Part shown: positions 24,363-37,190 of the stretch, one piece after another
Layout: each line of letters starts with the position of its first letter
Position numbering within the stretch: the stretch's first letter is position 1
Assembly: GCF_001194135.2 (NCBI RefSeq)
Contig: NC_068998.1
Coordinates: forward strand, 13,031,275 to 13,095,274
Reading direction: 5' to 3'
Length of the DNA: 64,000 bases
Source of the DNA: Octopus bimaculoides
Lineage: Eukaryota
Program-made: the position numbers and the translations under genes
Notes under the pieces: generated by a model
Seen by the model: only the letters and a program-made list of their open reading frames with translations
Database searches by the model: none
What the model was told of the DNA's origin: nothing

Positions 24363-24910
24363 CGGAGACACATAACCCAATCAAAAGTAATTCAGCAGAA
24401 TTCCATGTCACTATGACCGAAAACCTTAATGATGTCTGAGATTCATAAATTCATTAACTGACATCAAGTTCATTAACAGAGATCAGAAAGCAATCAAATA
24501 ACTGACAAACTGACACTCAGAGAGAGAGATCACGCATGAATAAAATCAATGTGGTGGTCGGGGAGAAAGTGGGGAGGAGACTTCATTTAGTCAATTGGGG
24601 GGGCTAAAAATAGCAGCCAGATCTGTTTCAAAAACACATTTTGCCATTATGAAAAAAAGAAAATCAAAACCAAGCAAGAAAAAAAAAAACATTGGATAAT
24701 GTTGTTCAAGATGCAAAGTACTTCATCATCATCATCATCATCCTCATCATTATCACCGCCACCACCACCAACAACAACAACAACAACAACACTACCACCA
24801 TCACCATCATCACACACACATATGCACAAACCCCACAAACAACCCCAGAACACACACATACACAAACCATACACACACACACACACACGTGCATCACACA
24901 CACACATGCA

Positions 24911-25071
24911 CGATAAGCTTCCACACAGTTTCCGTCTAACAAATCTACTCTCAAGATCTTTGGTAGGGCCAGGGCTACAATGGAAGAACAATGTTCCACA
25001 CAGCAGGATTGAACCTGAACCCTTGTGATTGAAAATCAAGTCTCTTAACCACACAGCCATGTCTGCACCCA
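24911..25071 (-). mobile_element. SINE family A, 5' half
   Basis: cagtttccgtct...cttaaccacacagccatgtctgcacc. Confidence 0.8.
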
Positions 25072-25231
25072 TCATGACAAATAAAAATGATAATTATGAT
25101 CAAAATTAGCAGTCAAATCCCTCCAACCATCCTGATGTCTTAAATAAGGAACACAATAGATAACATTACCCCTGATATCATTAAAAAAAAAGATGTGTTG
25201 GCTCTGGCTGGAATGATTTCGATCATAGAAC

Positions 25232-25665
25232 ATGTGGAAGTGCGAGACCTAGGAAGACATGGGATGAAGTGCTGAAGAACAACTTCAGGATGCTGAACCT
25301 TTCAGATGCAACGACAAAGGACCAGGATATTTGGTGCTTTGTTGTACTCAAGAAAACCCGTACTCTATAGCCGAAGTGCTAAGACTGCTCCCTTGATGAA
25401 GACAATTGGCTTCCGAGAGTGCTGTGCTGGTGTCATGTAAAAAGCACTCGTGCCAGTGCCTCATAAAGGCACTGCTGCTGGTGCCACAGAAAAAGTGTTC
25501 AGTACTCTCTGTAAAGTGGTTTGAGTTAGGAAGGGCATCCAGCTGTAGAAACCATGCCGAATCAGACTGGAACCCGGTGCAGCTCTTCAGCTTGTCAGCT
25601 CTGGTCAAACCATCCAACCCATGCCAGCCTGGGCAACGGACGTTAAATGAAGATGATGGTGATGA
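25232..25665 (+). mobile_element. RTE LINE 3' end (ORF2 C-terminus plus family C 3' UTR)
   Basis: GSARPRKTWDEVLKNNF...DQDIW followed by gttaggaagggcatccagc...ggacgttaaatga. Confidence 0.85.
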
Positions 25666-26253
25666 TTATGTAATCAACCAGAATTGACCTGGGGCCAAAC
25701 AACTACAATGACACAAGATGCATGAATAAGAAAAGTTGGCAATCAGTTCATGTTTAAGGTGATACAAAGGAAGCTGGAACATATTTCGATGCGTTTCCCA
25801 TCACTGCCTGCCCCTTTAGCCAGTTACATGGGTTCTTTTTGTTAATGAATTTAAAGATTGGTTCATGTGCATGAATATATACAAAATGTAGCTGAACACA
25901 TACACACACCACACACATATATGTATATACACACATACATTCAGTCATATGTGCACATGTACATATATATGTACATACTTATAGACATACATACATATAT
26001 GCATATAGTTATATCTAACTATGGGAACAAAGAAATATTACAAAAGAAATATACACATGTTAAACACCAATAGGTAAATGGACTTGTCTTTAGACTCATG
26101 CACTCAAGTATATATATATATGTATATATATATATGTATATATACACATTCATATCTACATATGTGCATATATATACACACATACATATGTATATATACA
26201 CATTCACATCTACATTTGTGCATATATATACACACATTATACAGGCATATGTG

Positions 26254-26292
<39 letters not shown>

Positions 26293-27846
26293 ATAGATAT
26301 ATATATACAAACATATGTATATATATATATATACATACAATTATCATGACCGTCATTTACCATCTGATCCGCTTTCAATGCAGACTTGGGTTGGACAGAT
26401 ACATACATAAAACACACACACACACACACACACACATATTTTATGTTAGTATAACATAGGTTAGTACGGCCACGTTGTATGCTATGTCAGTATAGTGTAG
26501 TAATTGTTGTATAGCATTGTTGAAATATTGTATGGTGCTGAAACATAGGGCAGTGATAGTATATTGCATTGTAATGTTGGCAAGTTATATGTTGGTTCCA
26601 AATGCTGTAGGAATGGTGTGTTGCAAAGGAAAACTTTCAGCTCGTATCTAAGTAGTGAGGTCAAGCTGGCATATTGTATATGATTAATTTAGCTCTTTAT
26701 GATGCATTTTGTATTGCTTTTGGCAATATATATATTTGGAGTCACTTTTTAAAATGTTTCAATGAAAGGAAAGGTTAGTTGAGAGAGGGGGGTAAAGAAA
26801 GTAAGAGAGAGGGGAGGAAGAGAGAAGGGGAGGAAAAGAGAAGGGGAGGAAGACAGAGAGGAGGTCTATGTGAGTAGGAGAGAGTATATACAATAGGAGA
26901 ATAAGAAGGAAAAATAGATATGCACACATATGTACATATACATACATATATATGCACATAAAGAAAACGTACACATGTATAATTACATGTGTATACGCAG
27001 AAAAATACATGCTGGCATGCATACATATAAACATATACATATATATACTCATATATGCATACATACCTGTGCATACATATATACTTGCATACACACATGC
27101 TTATATACATATACCTACATATATACATCAATATATATATANNNNNNNNNNNNNNNNNNNNNNNNNNNNNNNNNNNNNNNCATACATTATAGTTACATGC
27201 ATGCATATATATACATATATATATACATACACACACACACACACACACACATATACATATATACACATGTACATAATGTAAACATATGCTAATAACACTA
27301 TACATACGCTTGTACTTATGTACATATACCCACATATACATCCATACATATACATCCATACTTATATAAATACATATATACACATATTATATCACAGGTA
27401 TGCAAACATACACACCCACACGTGCATACGTTTTAGTTACGTGCATGCATACATATATACACATACATATATACACATCTACATACATGCATCCATACGC
27501 TTATAAATACATATATTATATGTACATATATGTATAATACATATAGACACACATATATATACGTGCATACATACACACACACATACACGTGCACACATGT
27601 ATAAGATTAACTCAATGTTTGCATATGCCACTTTCTCTAACTGTCAATTGTTAATTCAGAGACTACACATCCCAAGTGTGAAAGAATACCAAAAGGAATT
27701 TGGTGCAAAGACCTGAATTATTAAAAAAAAAAAAATGTGGAAAGAAAAAACCAAAAAAACCCCCCAAAAAATGGAAAACGACCCCAAATAACAATGCATC
27801 TATGTATTGGAAGCTTCAAAATATCAAACAACAGGAATGATAACAG

Positions 27847-27975
27847 TTCAAAGCCGTTGTTGCTATTGGAAACCTGAAGTCAGAGAGGTGTCTTCAAACA
27901 TTCTTCTGGCATCGCTTTCTAAAGCTGATGGTTGGTTAAACAATACTCAAGCGAACACAATGTGTTTTGTGATTT
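27847..27975 (+). CDS. Candidate internal exon, unknown protein
   Basis: Frame open about 61 codons (QSRCCYWKPEVREVSSNILLASLSKADGWLNNTQANTMCFVI) ending TTT|GTAAGT; acceptor poor. Confidence 0.2.
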
Positions 27976-28306
27976 GTAAGTAAAAGTTCATTAACCTGTG
28001 ATTAATATTATTTAGTAAAGATTGTCTATAAAAAAAAAAAAGAATTTTAAAAGGTTATAAAAAAAGAAAAGTTTTTCTTTCACTGTTGTAGGTTTTATTG
28101 AAAATTGGAAAATGGAAAAAGAAAATGAGAATAAAATGAATACTCTCTTATTGATCATTTCATATATATTTTATTTTTACTTTAATACTTTAAATTTGTC
28201 TTTCTGTGTATATATACATGTATGTGAGTGTGTGTGTGTGTAAGTGTGTGTGAGTGTGTGTGTCTGCATGTATATGTGTATTTATATATATATATATATA
28301 TATATC

Positions 28307-28464
28307 CTTTTTATTAAAGCTTCAAAATTATCACAGAACTGTTACTCAGAGTTTCACGTTCCCACTCAGTAGACAGTTGTGATGAGTATTTACAGTATAT
28401 TACTCTACCCTTGGTATTCTTGTACTATTTTTGCCACCTTGTTTTGCATTTATGTGCTCATTTA

Positions 28465-28503
<39 letters not shown>

Positions 28504-28663
28504 CATCATTTTTATTCTCTCTTTGTTTATTTCCTCATGTTCCTTTCTACTGAAGAGCATAGGCTTGAAACGTAAAAGGCTTTCTCACTTCCCCAAGCAT
28601 TAAACTAATATGCCTTGTTGTTTATAAACCTGCCTTTGTCCTTTGTTTTTCTGTAAATTTCAA

Positions 28664-28665
<2 letters not shown>
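28307..28665. mobile_element. Composite Penelope-like non-autonomous element with two hammerhead-like motifs
   Basis: Shares blocks with 52546-52965; motif A on - at 28337-28378, motif B on + at 28542-28579. Confidence 0.6.
28337..28378 (-). ncRNA. Hammerhead motif A, damaged core
   Basis: AACTGT-ctactga-GTG GGAA CGT-GAAA-CTC t GAG-TA-ACAGTT; 6-bp stem I perfect, core CTGAYGA altered. Confidence 0.55.
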
Positions 28666-28745
<80 letters not shown>

Positions 28746-28888
28746 CACACAATAGACAGATAGAGAGATAGATAGATAGATTTCAGCAATTTAAAGTATT
28801 TTAAATGTATTTTTATTCACACCTAAATCATATACATAATACATGCATGCATACACATACACATATGCACACAAATATATGCATAATA

Positions 28889-29445
28889 ATTTGCACATCC
28901 TACTTATCTTGGATTTATTGTTTTAAACACTGTAAGCTGTGGTAGTCATCCTCAGACATCATCTTCTATAGATACTGAGTGCTAAAATGCGCAAATTATA
29001 TCAGCAGACAAAGTTTCATCAGCACCAGCAGATGGGACTGTTGTATCACATGATTTCTGTGCAATTTCTGCTTTCTCAGCAACAGGCACCCTACCTGTTG
29101 CTGAGGAAGCAACAGGTAGGGAGCCAGATCAAAATTCCATCGATTGATTATGGTTCAACACTGACTGAACAGTCAGTGACATTTCAAAATGTGTTACACT
29201 CTATCAGTTTGACGGAATTTCAATCTGGCATTTGGTGATGGGGTGTCTGTTGCTGAGGAAGCACAAATTATACTGAAATCACTTGATACGAAAGTCCCAT
29301 CCATGAGTGCTGACAGAGCTCTAAATCTGCTGAGATAATCTGTGTTTTTTAGTACTTAACGTTTACATGAGATGATATTTCATTGTGATTACTGCAATTT
29401 ACAGTATTTAAAACAACATATCCAAGTTAAGTTGGATGCATAAGT
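28889..29445. mobile_element. Foldback/MITE element with about 200-bp inverted arms and internal hairpins
   Basis: Left arm about 28889-29095 matches the reverse complement of about 29235-29445; perfect 14-bp and 9-bp hairpins inside. Confidence 0.8.
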
Positions 29446-29607
29446 AATATTCCTTACGAAGGCTGCTTCTGATGCTAATTGTTAACATGCACATATATAT
29501 ATATATGTACACACACACAAAGGGATGCTGAAAATCATAATCATTGTAACATATATATGATGAGATAAAGATCGTCATGGTTTTATGAGTTGTTGGAAAT
29601 GTGTGTA

Positions 29608-29703
<96 letters not shown>

Positions 29704-29802
29704 CACATACATACACACACACACACACTTTCGTCTTTTTGAGATATATACTGTAGTTTTTTGCTAAGACCTACGTATATTGTTGCTAAGGCTCACATAT
29801 AC

Positions 29803-29898
29803 TTTTACTTTTTTCAGTTATACGACTGCAGCCATGCTGGAGCAGTGCCTCAAAATTTTTTTTTAGCCAAAGAAATCAACCCCAAGACTTATTCTTTG

Positions 29899-29976
<78 letters not shown>

Positions 29977-30051
29977 CATACATATATATACACATGGATT
30001 GAACCTGGAATCCTGGTTGAGAAGCAAACTTCTTACCACACAGCCATGCCT
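29803..30051 (-). mobile_element. SINE family A with internal deletion
   Basis: Tail 29803-29898, (TA)n, head 29998-30051. Confidence 0.8.
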
Positions 30052-31177
30052 TTATTATGTATGTATGTATGTATGTATGTATGTATGTATGTATGAATGT
30101 ATATATATATATATATATATACGCACACACATACACACACATATACACGTATGGTAGTTGGTGCTAAGACATAATTGTCCTTGTAATTTAAGAAATTATT
30201 ATTATATTATCGTTATAATTTAATTATGTATAATCAACTAAACTGAATTACACTTAAAATGTGAATGATGCTTAACTATGGGAATGAGATTAATTAATTT
30301 TAGAGAATAATGTAAATTAGAAATGAATTCAATCCAGATAAAATTGAAGCATATAAAGTTATACAACATTGTTTAGTGAATAGATAATTCGTCCTTTGTT
30401 GATTTTTAAAAAAATTAGAACATTTTTCATATAATGGGTGATATGTTTGGAAAAAAAACAACAAAACAATTAGTATAGAAGTAGTGTTCTTTCTAGTGAA
30501 TTCATAAGATATAAAGGCAAGATAACTGATGCATGTTAAGTTTGATATAAAAAAATAAAAAAATTGTAAGGCATTATATAATTTCAGGAATTATCTTTAT
30601 TAAATATCATTTATAGTTTAATTATTTAAAGGAAAAATTGGCTATAAAACTGTAAAAATGACATATCCGTAATATTTTGGAAAAAAAAGCAGTGTAAAAA
30701 ATGAAAAAAATGTTGAAAAAGTAATAATGGGATAAATAATGGGATAAATAACGGGATAAATTGAAGAGAATAGAGTCTCATAATATTTTATGTGTTAAAT
30801 ATGTGAGAACTTATAATATGAAAATAAGTATAAATATAAAACACTCACACACACACACACACAAATATCAATATTTCTTATGACATGCCATCTGATATAT
30901 TTATACAAGTAGAGTCTAAATGTTAGCTAGCAAACAATATAAAATAATGAGAATGTATTGGAAAAAAAAAAAAAAAGAAACAAACAAATTCTTAAAGCAT
31001 ATAATTGCATTGATGTAAACTCTGATTTCAGAAATACATTAGAATATAAGTTATTATAATTATGAGGCTATATAAACATGATTAATTTTTTTTACTGGGT
31101 CCTGTCAATGAAAGCAACATCAGTGTCAATATCTATTTATGTTTATGCATATATGTCTACCAGAAACATGACTATAC

Positions 31178-31446
31178 AGGCGCAGGAGTGGCTGTGTGGT
31201 AAGTAGCTTGCTTACCAACCACATGGTTCCGGGTTCATTCCCACTGCATGGCAACTTGGGCAAGTGTCTTCTACTATAGCCCCGGGCTGACCAAAGCTTT
31301 GTGAGTGGATTTGGTAGACGGAAACTGAAAGAAGCCCGTCGTATATATGGATATATATGTATATGTATGTGTGTGTATATGTTTGTGTGTCTGTGTTCGT
31401 CATCCCCAACATCGCTTGACAACCGATGGTGGTGTGTTTACGTCCC
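31178..31446 (+). mobile_element. SINE family A, young, runs into gap
   Basis: A box TGGCTGTGTGG, B box GGTTCATTCC, CTTGGGCAAGT core. Confidence 0.95.
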
Positions 31447-32668
31447 NNNNNNNNNNNNNNNNNNNNNNNNNNNNNNNNNNNNNNNNNNNNNNNNNNNNNN
31501 NNNNNNNNNNNNNNNNNNNNNNNNNNNNNNNNNNNNNNNNNNNNNNNNNNNNNNNNNNNNNNNNNNNNNNNNNNNNNNNNNNNNNNNNNNNNNNNNNNNN
31601 NNNNNNNNNNNNNNNNNNNNNNNNNNNNNNNNNNNNNNNNNNNNNNNNNNNNNNNNNNNNNNNNNNNNNNNNNNNNNNNNNNNNNNNNNNNNNNNNNNNN
31701 NNNNNNNNNNNNNNNNNNNNNNNNNNNNNNNNNNNNNNNNNNNNNNNNNNNNNNNNNNNNNNNNNNNNNNNNNNNNNNNNNNNNNNNNNNNNNNNNNNNN
31801 NNNNNNNNNNNNNNNNNNNNNNNNNNNNNNNNNNNNNNNNNNNNNNNNNNNNNNNNNNNNNNNNNNNNNNNNNNNNNNNNNNNNNNNNNNNNNNNNNNNN
31901 NNNNNNNNNNNNNNNNNNNNNNNNNNNNNNNNNNNNNNNNNNNNNNNNNNNNNNNNNATATGTTGTCATCATTATCAATATGACAACAGCTGTATCTCGT
32001 AACTGAGAATTTAGCTTCTTCCTTGCTGAATGCTTCCATTATGGTGATGGCGTTTATCACTAAGTAGACCAATTCTTGCATTGAAAAATCAATGGCATTG
32101 ACAGCATGGTAATGTTGGTGTAGGACGAGGTTGATTTTTGCCAAGCCTTTCTCTCCTGTCATTTTAATTTCATTCCTTAATTGACCTTCTGTTGTCATTC
32201 TGTGCACTACATTATATTGGATAACATTATTGCCCCAGATTCTGATGTAGATTTTGAATCAAAAGAAATGAATGTATTCGAATGATATTTATTGTTTTAT
32301 ATGTGTGAGTATTTGTATGCATATGTGTATCAATAGCTCCTACCCCCAACACATAATTAAACTCACAGCTATCTTCTGCCATAGTCTGAAGAAACCACTC
32401 CTGGCAAAACTGTAAATTCCTTTTATAATATCGATTCATAATTTATATTATGCAGTACAGTATAAACATAAAACTGAAAGTGCTTGCCGAATAGCCAATA
32501 TCAAGAAGTCTATGTGTATTTATGTTCCTGTTTAGAATTGTGTCCAGGTTTGAGTTTTGCACAAAATATATGTAGAAACAAAATAAAACATGAGAAGTTG
32601 TTTATAATATATTTATTTACATCATCTCACATATGTTCATTAACATTAAGTGATATTTGTTATATCAT

Positions 32669-33168
32669 GCGAAGACCTGTTGGGGCAAGTGAAATCGAAA
32701 TCGTAATTGAACCAAATTCGATGACTGGCACCTGTGCCAGTGGAGCACTAACAGAAACCATCTGAGCATGATCATTGCCAGAGCAGCTGTCTGGCTTCCG
32801 TGGCAGTGGCACATAAATAGCACCATTTGAGTTTGATCATTACCAACGTCGCCTTACTGGCACATGAAAAAACATTCGAGCGAGGTCGTTGCCAGTGCCG
32901 CTGGACTGGCTCCTGTGCACGTGGCACATAAAAAACACCATTCTGAGCGTGACCATTGCCAGTACCGCCTGATTGGCCCTCGTGCCGGTGGCACTAAAAG
33001 CACCCATACACTCTCAGAATGGTTGGCGTTAGGAAGGGCATCCATCTGTAGAAACTCTGCCAGATCAGATTGGAGCTTGGTGCAGCCTTCTGGCTTGCCA
33101 GTCCTCAGTCAAATTGTCCAACCCATGCTAGCATGGAAGGTGGATGTTAAACGATGATGAAGATGATG
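32669..33168 (+). mobile_element. Family C long form with about four tandem 55-65 bp subrepeats
   Basis: ggcacataaa..caccatt..gagc..cattgccag units, then the standard C tail. Confidence 0.85.
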
Positions 33169-33365
33169 CAAATTAGATAACATTTAGTGTCAAATTCTGA
33201 GAGGTGTGTAACTATTATATGTAATATTACTGGATTGAAAAGAAGACAGTATTCACCATTGCGGAGGTGGCTTGCGTATGAAACATGTAAAATGGTGTAC
33301 CTTCTTTCATTTTAAGATGGTATTCAGTAGTTTGAGGGAAACTTGGCTGTTGTTTCTATCACTCA

Positions 33366-33692
33366 CTTTTACTCTTTTGCTCTTTTACTTGTTTCAATCA
33401 TTTGACTGCAGCCATGCTGGAGTACCACCTTTAGACGAAAAAAATCGACCCAGGGACGTGAAGACACCAACATTAGTTGTCAAGCTAATGGTGGGAGGAC
33501 AAATACAGACACACAAACACACACACATATATATATGCAATAAGCTTCTTTCAGTTTCTGTCTACCAAATCCACTTGCAAGGCTTTGGTCGGCCCAAGGC
33601 TATAGCAGAAGACACTTGCCCAAGGTGCCACACAGTGGGACTGAACCTGGAATCATGTGGTTAGGAAGTAAGCTTCTTACCACACAGCCACA
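33366..33692 (-). mobile_element. SINE family A, internal deletion
   Basis: Tail and head present. Confidence 0.9.
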
Positions 33693-34039
33693 CAAGAGCA
33701 ATTTTGTTGAAGGACTCTTGTTATGGAGTTACAGTAAACACTTGTAATAAGTAGAAGTGCTACATAATTGATGAGTACACTCTTTGCATCATTATTCTCT
33801 TAAATTAAAACGAATTTTAATTTAAGAGAATGTTAATTACCTATTGATGGATGTGTCTCATTAATAAGGTCCAATAAATGACTTTATCACACATAGATGA
33901 GATCATTAATAATTGTTTCCTACGTTGACACAAATATAATGGAACAGAGTGTACTCTATTGAATTGGCAATAGTAAAGGCTGGTGGTTTGTAATAAACTC
34001 CTCCTCCTCCCACACCACCACCACCGTTGTCATCGTCGT

Positions 34040-34195
34040 CGTCGTCATCGTCATCATTCAACACCAGGCTTACATGTTGACATGGAATGGACAAAATTTA
34101 TTAAGTTGCAGGACTGCCTCAAACTCCAGTGTCTGCTTCAGCATAGTTTCTAAAGCTGGACATTCTTCCTAATGCCATCCCCACTTTGCAGAGTA
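34040..34195 (-). mobile_element. Family C tail, diverged
   Basis: ctggacattcttcctaatgcc is the reverse complement of the C motif. Confidence 0.7.
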
Positions 34196-34852
34196 TGTGT
34201 ATGTATGTTCCAAGTTGTTTGGCAATTTTTTAATACTAGGGAGTTGACGTTATGGCTAGGGGAACATCTTTTCAAAAAAGAACTTCATAGGCCATGTAAA
34301 CAATTTTAATGTTTCCTATAAACCCAGATAAGCCTGGATTCTATGAAAAGTACTTTATAGATATGTAAGGTATGGAAAGAAAAGCTGACCCCATTCAGAT
34401 TTGAACCAAGAATCTACAAAAAGGAGAACAAAGCTGAACACCTTTAAGTATGGAGTGAGTTATACTATTTGGACATTCTGATGTCTGAGCAATATATAAA
34501 TATCGATTATAGATCACTTGACTGTGATGTCGGTTTATTGATGTGATTAAAACCGAAGTTGAATACAAAAACATTTTGGTTTTAGTTAAGGTAATGGCAG
34601 CTTGGCAGGCAACGGTTAATTCTGAACTAATTTTTATACATGAAAGTTTTATATCCTAAAATACTATGTGAGGTTGTTGATAACAATTATTTTAAATGAG
34701 AGTAAATGTTAATGACCTATAGATAGGCTATTAATATCAACCTGTCTAGCTTGAATTTTATGATAGCTTCCAATTTATCGACCAAAATTATTTTAAAAAT
34801 TGTACAAAAATACTTGATAGTTCTTTTCTGTTAAAAATTGGAGTATAACTGT

Positions 34853-35271
34853 CTTTCTTTTACTTTCTTTTACTTGTTTCAGTCATTTGACTGTGGCCAT
34901 GCTGGAGCACCGCCTTTAGTCGAATCAAATCGACCCCAGGACTTATTTATTGTAAGCCTAGTACTTATTCTATCGGTCTCTTTTTGCCAAACCGCTAAGT
35001 TACAGGGACCTAAACACACCAGCATCGGTTGTCAAGCGATGTTGGGGGGGACAAACACAGATACACAACATATACACACATACATATATATATATATACA
35101 TATATACAACGGGCTTCTTTCAGTTTCCGTCTACTAAATCCACTCACAAGGCTTTGGTCAGCCCGAGGCTACAGTAGAAGACACTTGCCCAAGGTGCCAT
35201 GCAGTTGGACTGAACCCGGAACCATGTGGTTGGTAAGCAAGCTACTTACCACACAGCCACTCCTGCGCCTA
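34853..35271 (-). mobile_element. SINE family A, full length, young
   Basis: Head to tail present; CpGs retained. Confidence 0.95.
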
Positions 35272-35845
35272 TGTCTGTGCATGTATCTGTTAAAGATAAT
35301 GAACCTCTTCCCTCACTAACTATCTATCAATCTATCTATCTATCTAGCTAGCTATCTGTCTGTCTGTCTGTCTGCTTATCTATTTATTTATCTAGCTATC
35401 TTTCTGTCAGTCTGTCCGTTTGCCTCTCTCTCTCTCACACTGACTCACTCTGGCTCTGGGTTAAAGCCAGGAGCTTTTCAGCACTCACTCATAATGTTGA
35501 GATTTTGTCGTAGAAATTATACACACAGAGAATATGGCAACCAGCAATAAAGTATTGCTGCATCTAAGAGATTGTTCCTCAATTTTATTCATGTAAAGTC
35601 TGAGGCCACATTTTACTTGAACTAACTATAACACAATAACATCTAAATGAACACAGCTGTCCACTAGTAAAGAAAGGATCAAAGCCAATACTGAAATGAT
35701 CACATTCTTTAATTCCGTACTTGAGATTTCAACCAACCATGGAATAAATCAACAGAAACAGATTGGTTACGAAGAATACAGTGCTTCTCAAGATTTCTGT
35801 ACTACTTTGGCAGGATGTTCAATGCTGCCTTTTGAATCAGTTGAG

Positions 35846-36125
35846 AATGATGATGATGATGATGATGATGTTGATGTCAATGACAATGACAACAACTGCA
35901 ATTATAATGATGGTGATGATGATGATAATGATGACGATGATGACAATGACAAATACAGTGATGATGATGATGATGATGGTGGTGGTGACAATAATGTTGG
36001 TAACAATGATGAGGGAGACAATGATGATCATGATGATGAGGATGATGATGACGACGACGATGATGATAGTGGTGGTGGTGGCAGTGGTGATAATAATGAC
36101 AATGATGATGGTGATGATGATAATG
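35846..36125. repeat. (GAT)n low-complexity tract
   Basis: Direct reading. Confidence 0.95.
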
Positions 36126-36399
36126 GTTTTACATCCACTTACAACATGTTGGGACATGTTATGACTATTTCAAAACTGAGATATACAGAGTAATCTTTTA
36201 AATTGATTACCCTGAAGTTCTTCTCACCCTTTAGATTATTGTATAATTTATCCTATCTAAACACTAGACAATGATCTTCCTTAGTCTATTTATTAAAGAA
36301 GACTTTAAAATTGTCACAGATGTGAACTTAGCCATCCAGCTTCCAAACAATAATAACTGATCCAATACAGGTGGTGTAATCATTCAGAATATACCATTC

Positions 36400-36660
36400 T
36401 GTGATGGTTATGGTGTTGCACTCACAATTGGAAGATCAAGGTTTTGATTCCCAGACCAGGTAATATGTCACGTTTTTGTTCAAAACACTCCATTTCGTGT
36501 TGTTCCATGATCACTTTCACATATGACATGTGACAAACCGTGCACCTGTACAGGTAATGTCAATTTGATAGAGAGAATGAGTTTATGCACAGCACAAATA
36601 TTTAATCACTATAAACAAATCATCTGAATTATGTTCAGCAAGAAATTTCAGAATTACCTT
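36400..36660 (+). mobile_element. tRNA-derived SINE family E, diverged
   Basis: ggtgttgcactcac...ggttttgattcccagaccagg; matches 52283-52496 reversed. Confidence 0.7.
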
Positions 36661-36994
36661 TCTTGGTCTTGAGAGACTGTCATTAACTTCAGTGTTTTGC
36701 ATTCCAATTATTCTTTCACCAATTTGGCTTTTAATAGCCTAGCCTTTGGGGAAAGAAAACAAGTGCCACTCCAACCTATAACACCTCTTTTGGACAGTAG
36801 CCAGATTTCTAATTGATTCTGTTGAATGTGATTATATGACTCTGTGGGTGAATTAATGATAGAAAGTAGATCAAAAATAAAAGACGGGTAAAAGTTGGTG
36901 TGGAGCAGGGTTAAATCTGTCATGAACCCTAGGGGGCACAAAGCTGAAACTTAACATGGTTTCTACAAATTATTGAATTTACAAAACTACCTTA

Positions 36995-37190
36995 TGAACA
37001 GGATGTGGGTCCAACACAGGATAAATTTCCCAGCCATTATAGGAACTCATTTTACAGCTGTGTGGACTGGCGCAATGTGAAATTAAGTGTTTTGCTTAAG
37101 AAAACAATGCACCATCTGTTCCAGGAATTGAACATATAATCTCATGACTGTGAGTGCAAAAACCTAATCAATAGATCATGTGCCTTCATA
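36995..37190 (-). mobile_element. tRNA-derived SINE, diverged
   Basis: Reverse complement tgaaggcacatg...gttcaattcc...cttaagcaaaacacttaatttcacattgc. Confidence 0.65.

Noticed and set aside
30723-30761. 12-bp unit x3 (aataatgggata)
   Set aside because: Trivial local slippage
32014-32064. FFLAECFHYGDGVYH, resembling a Sel1-like repeat
   Set aside because: Followed at once by a stop, with no usable donor or continuation
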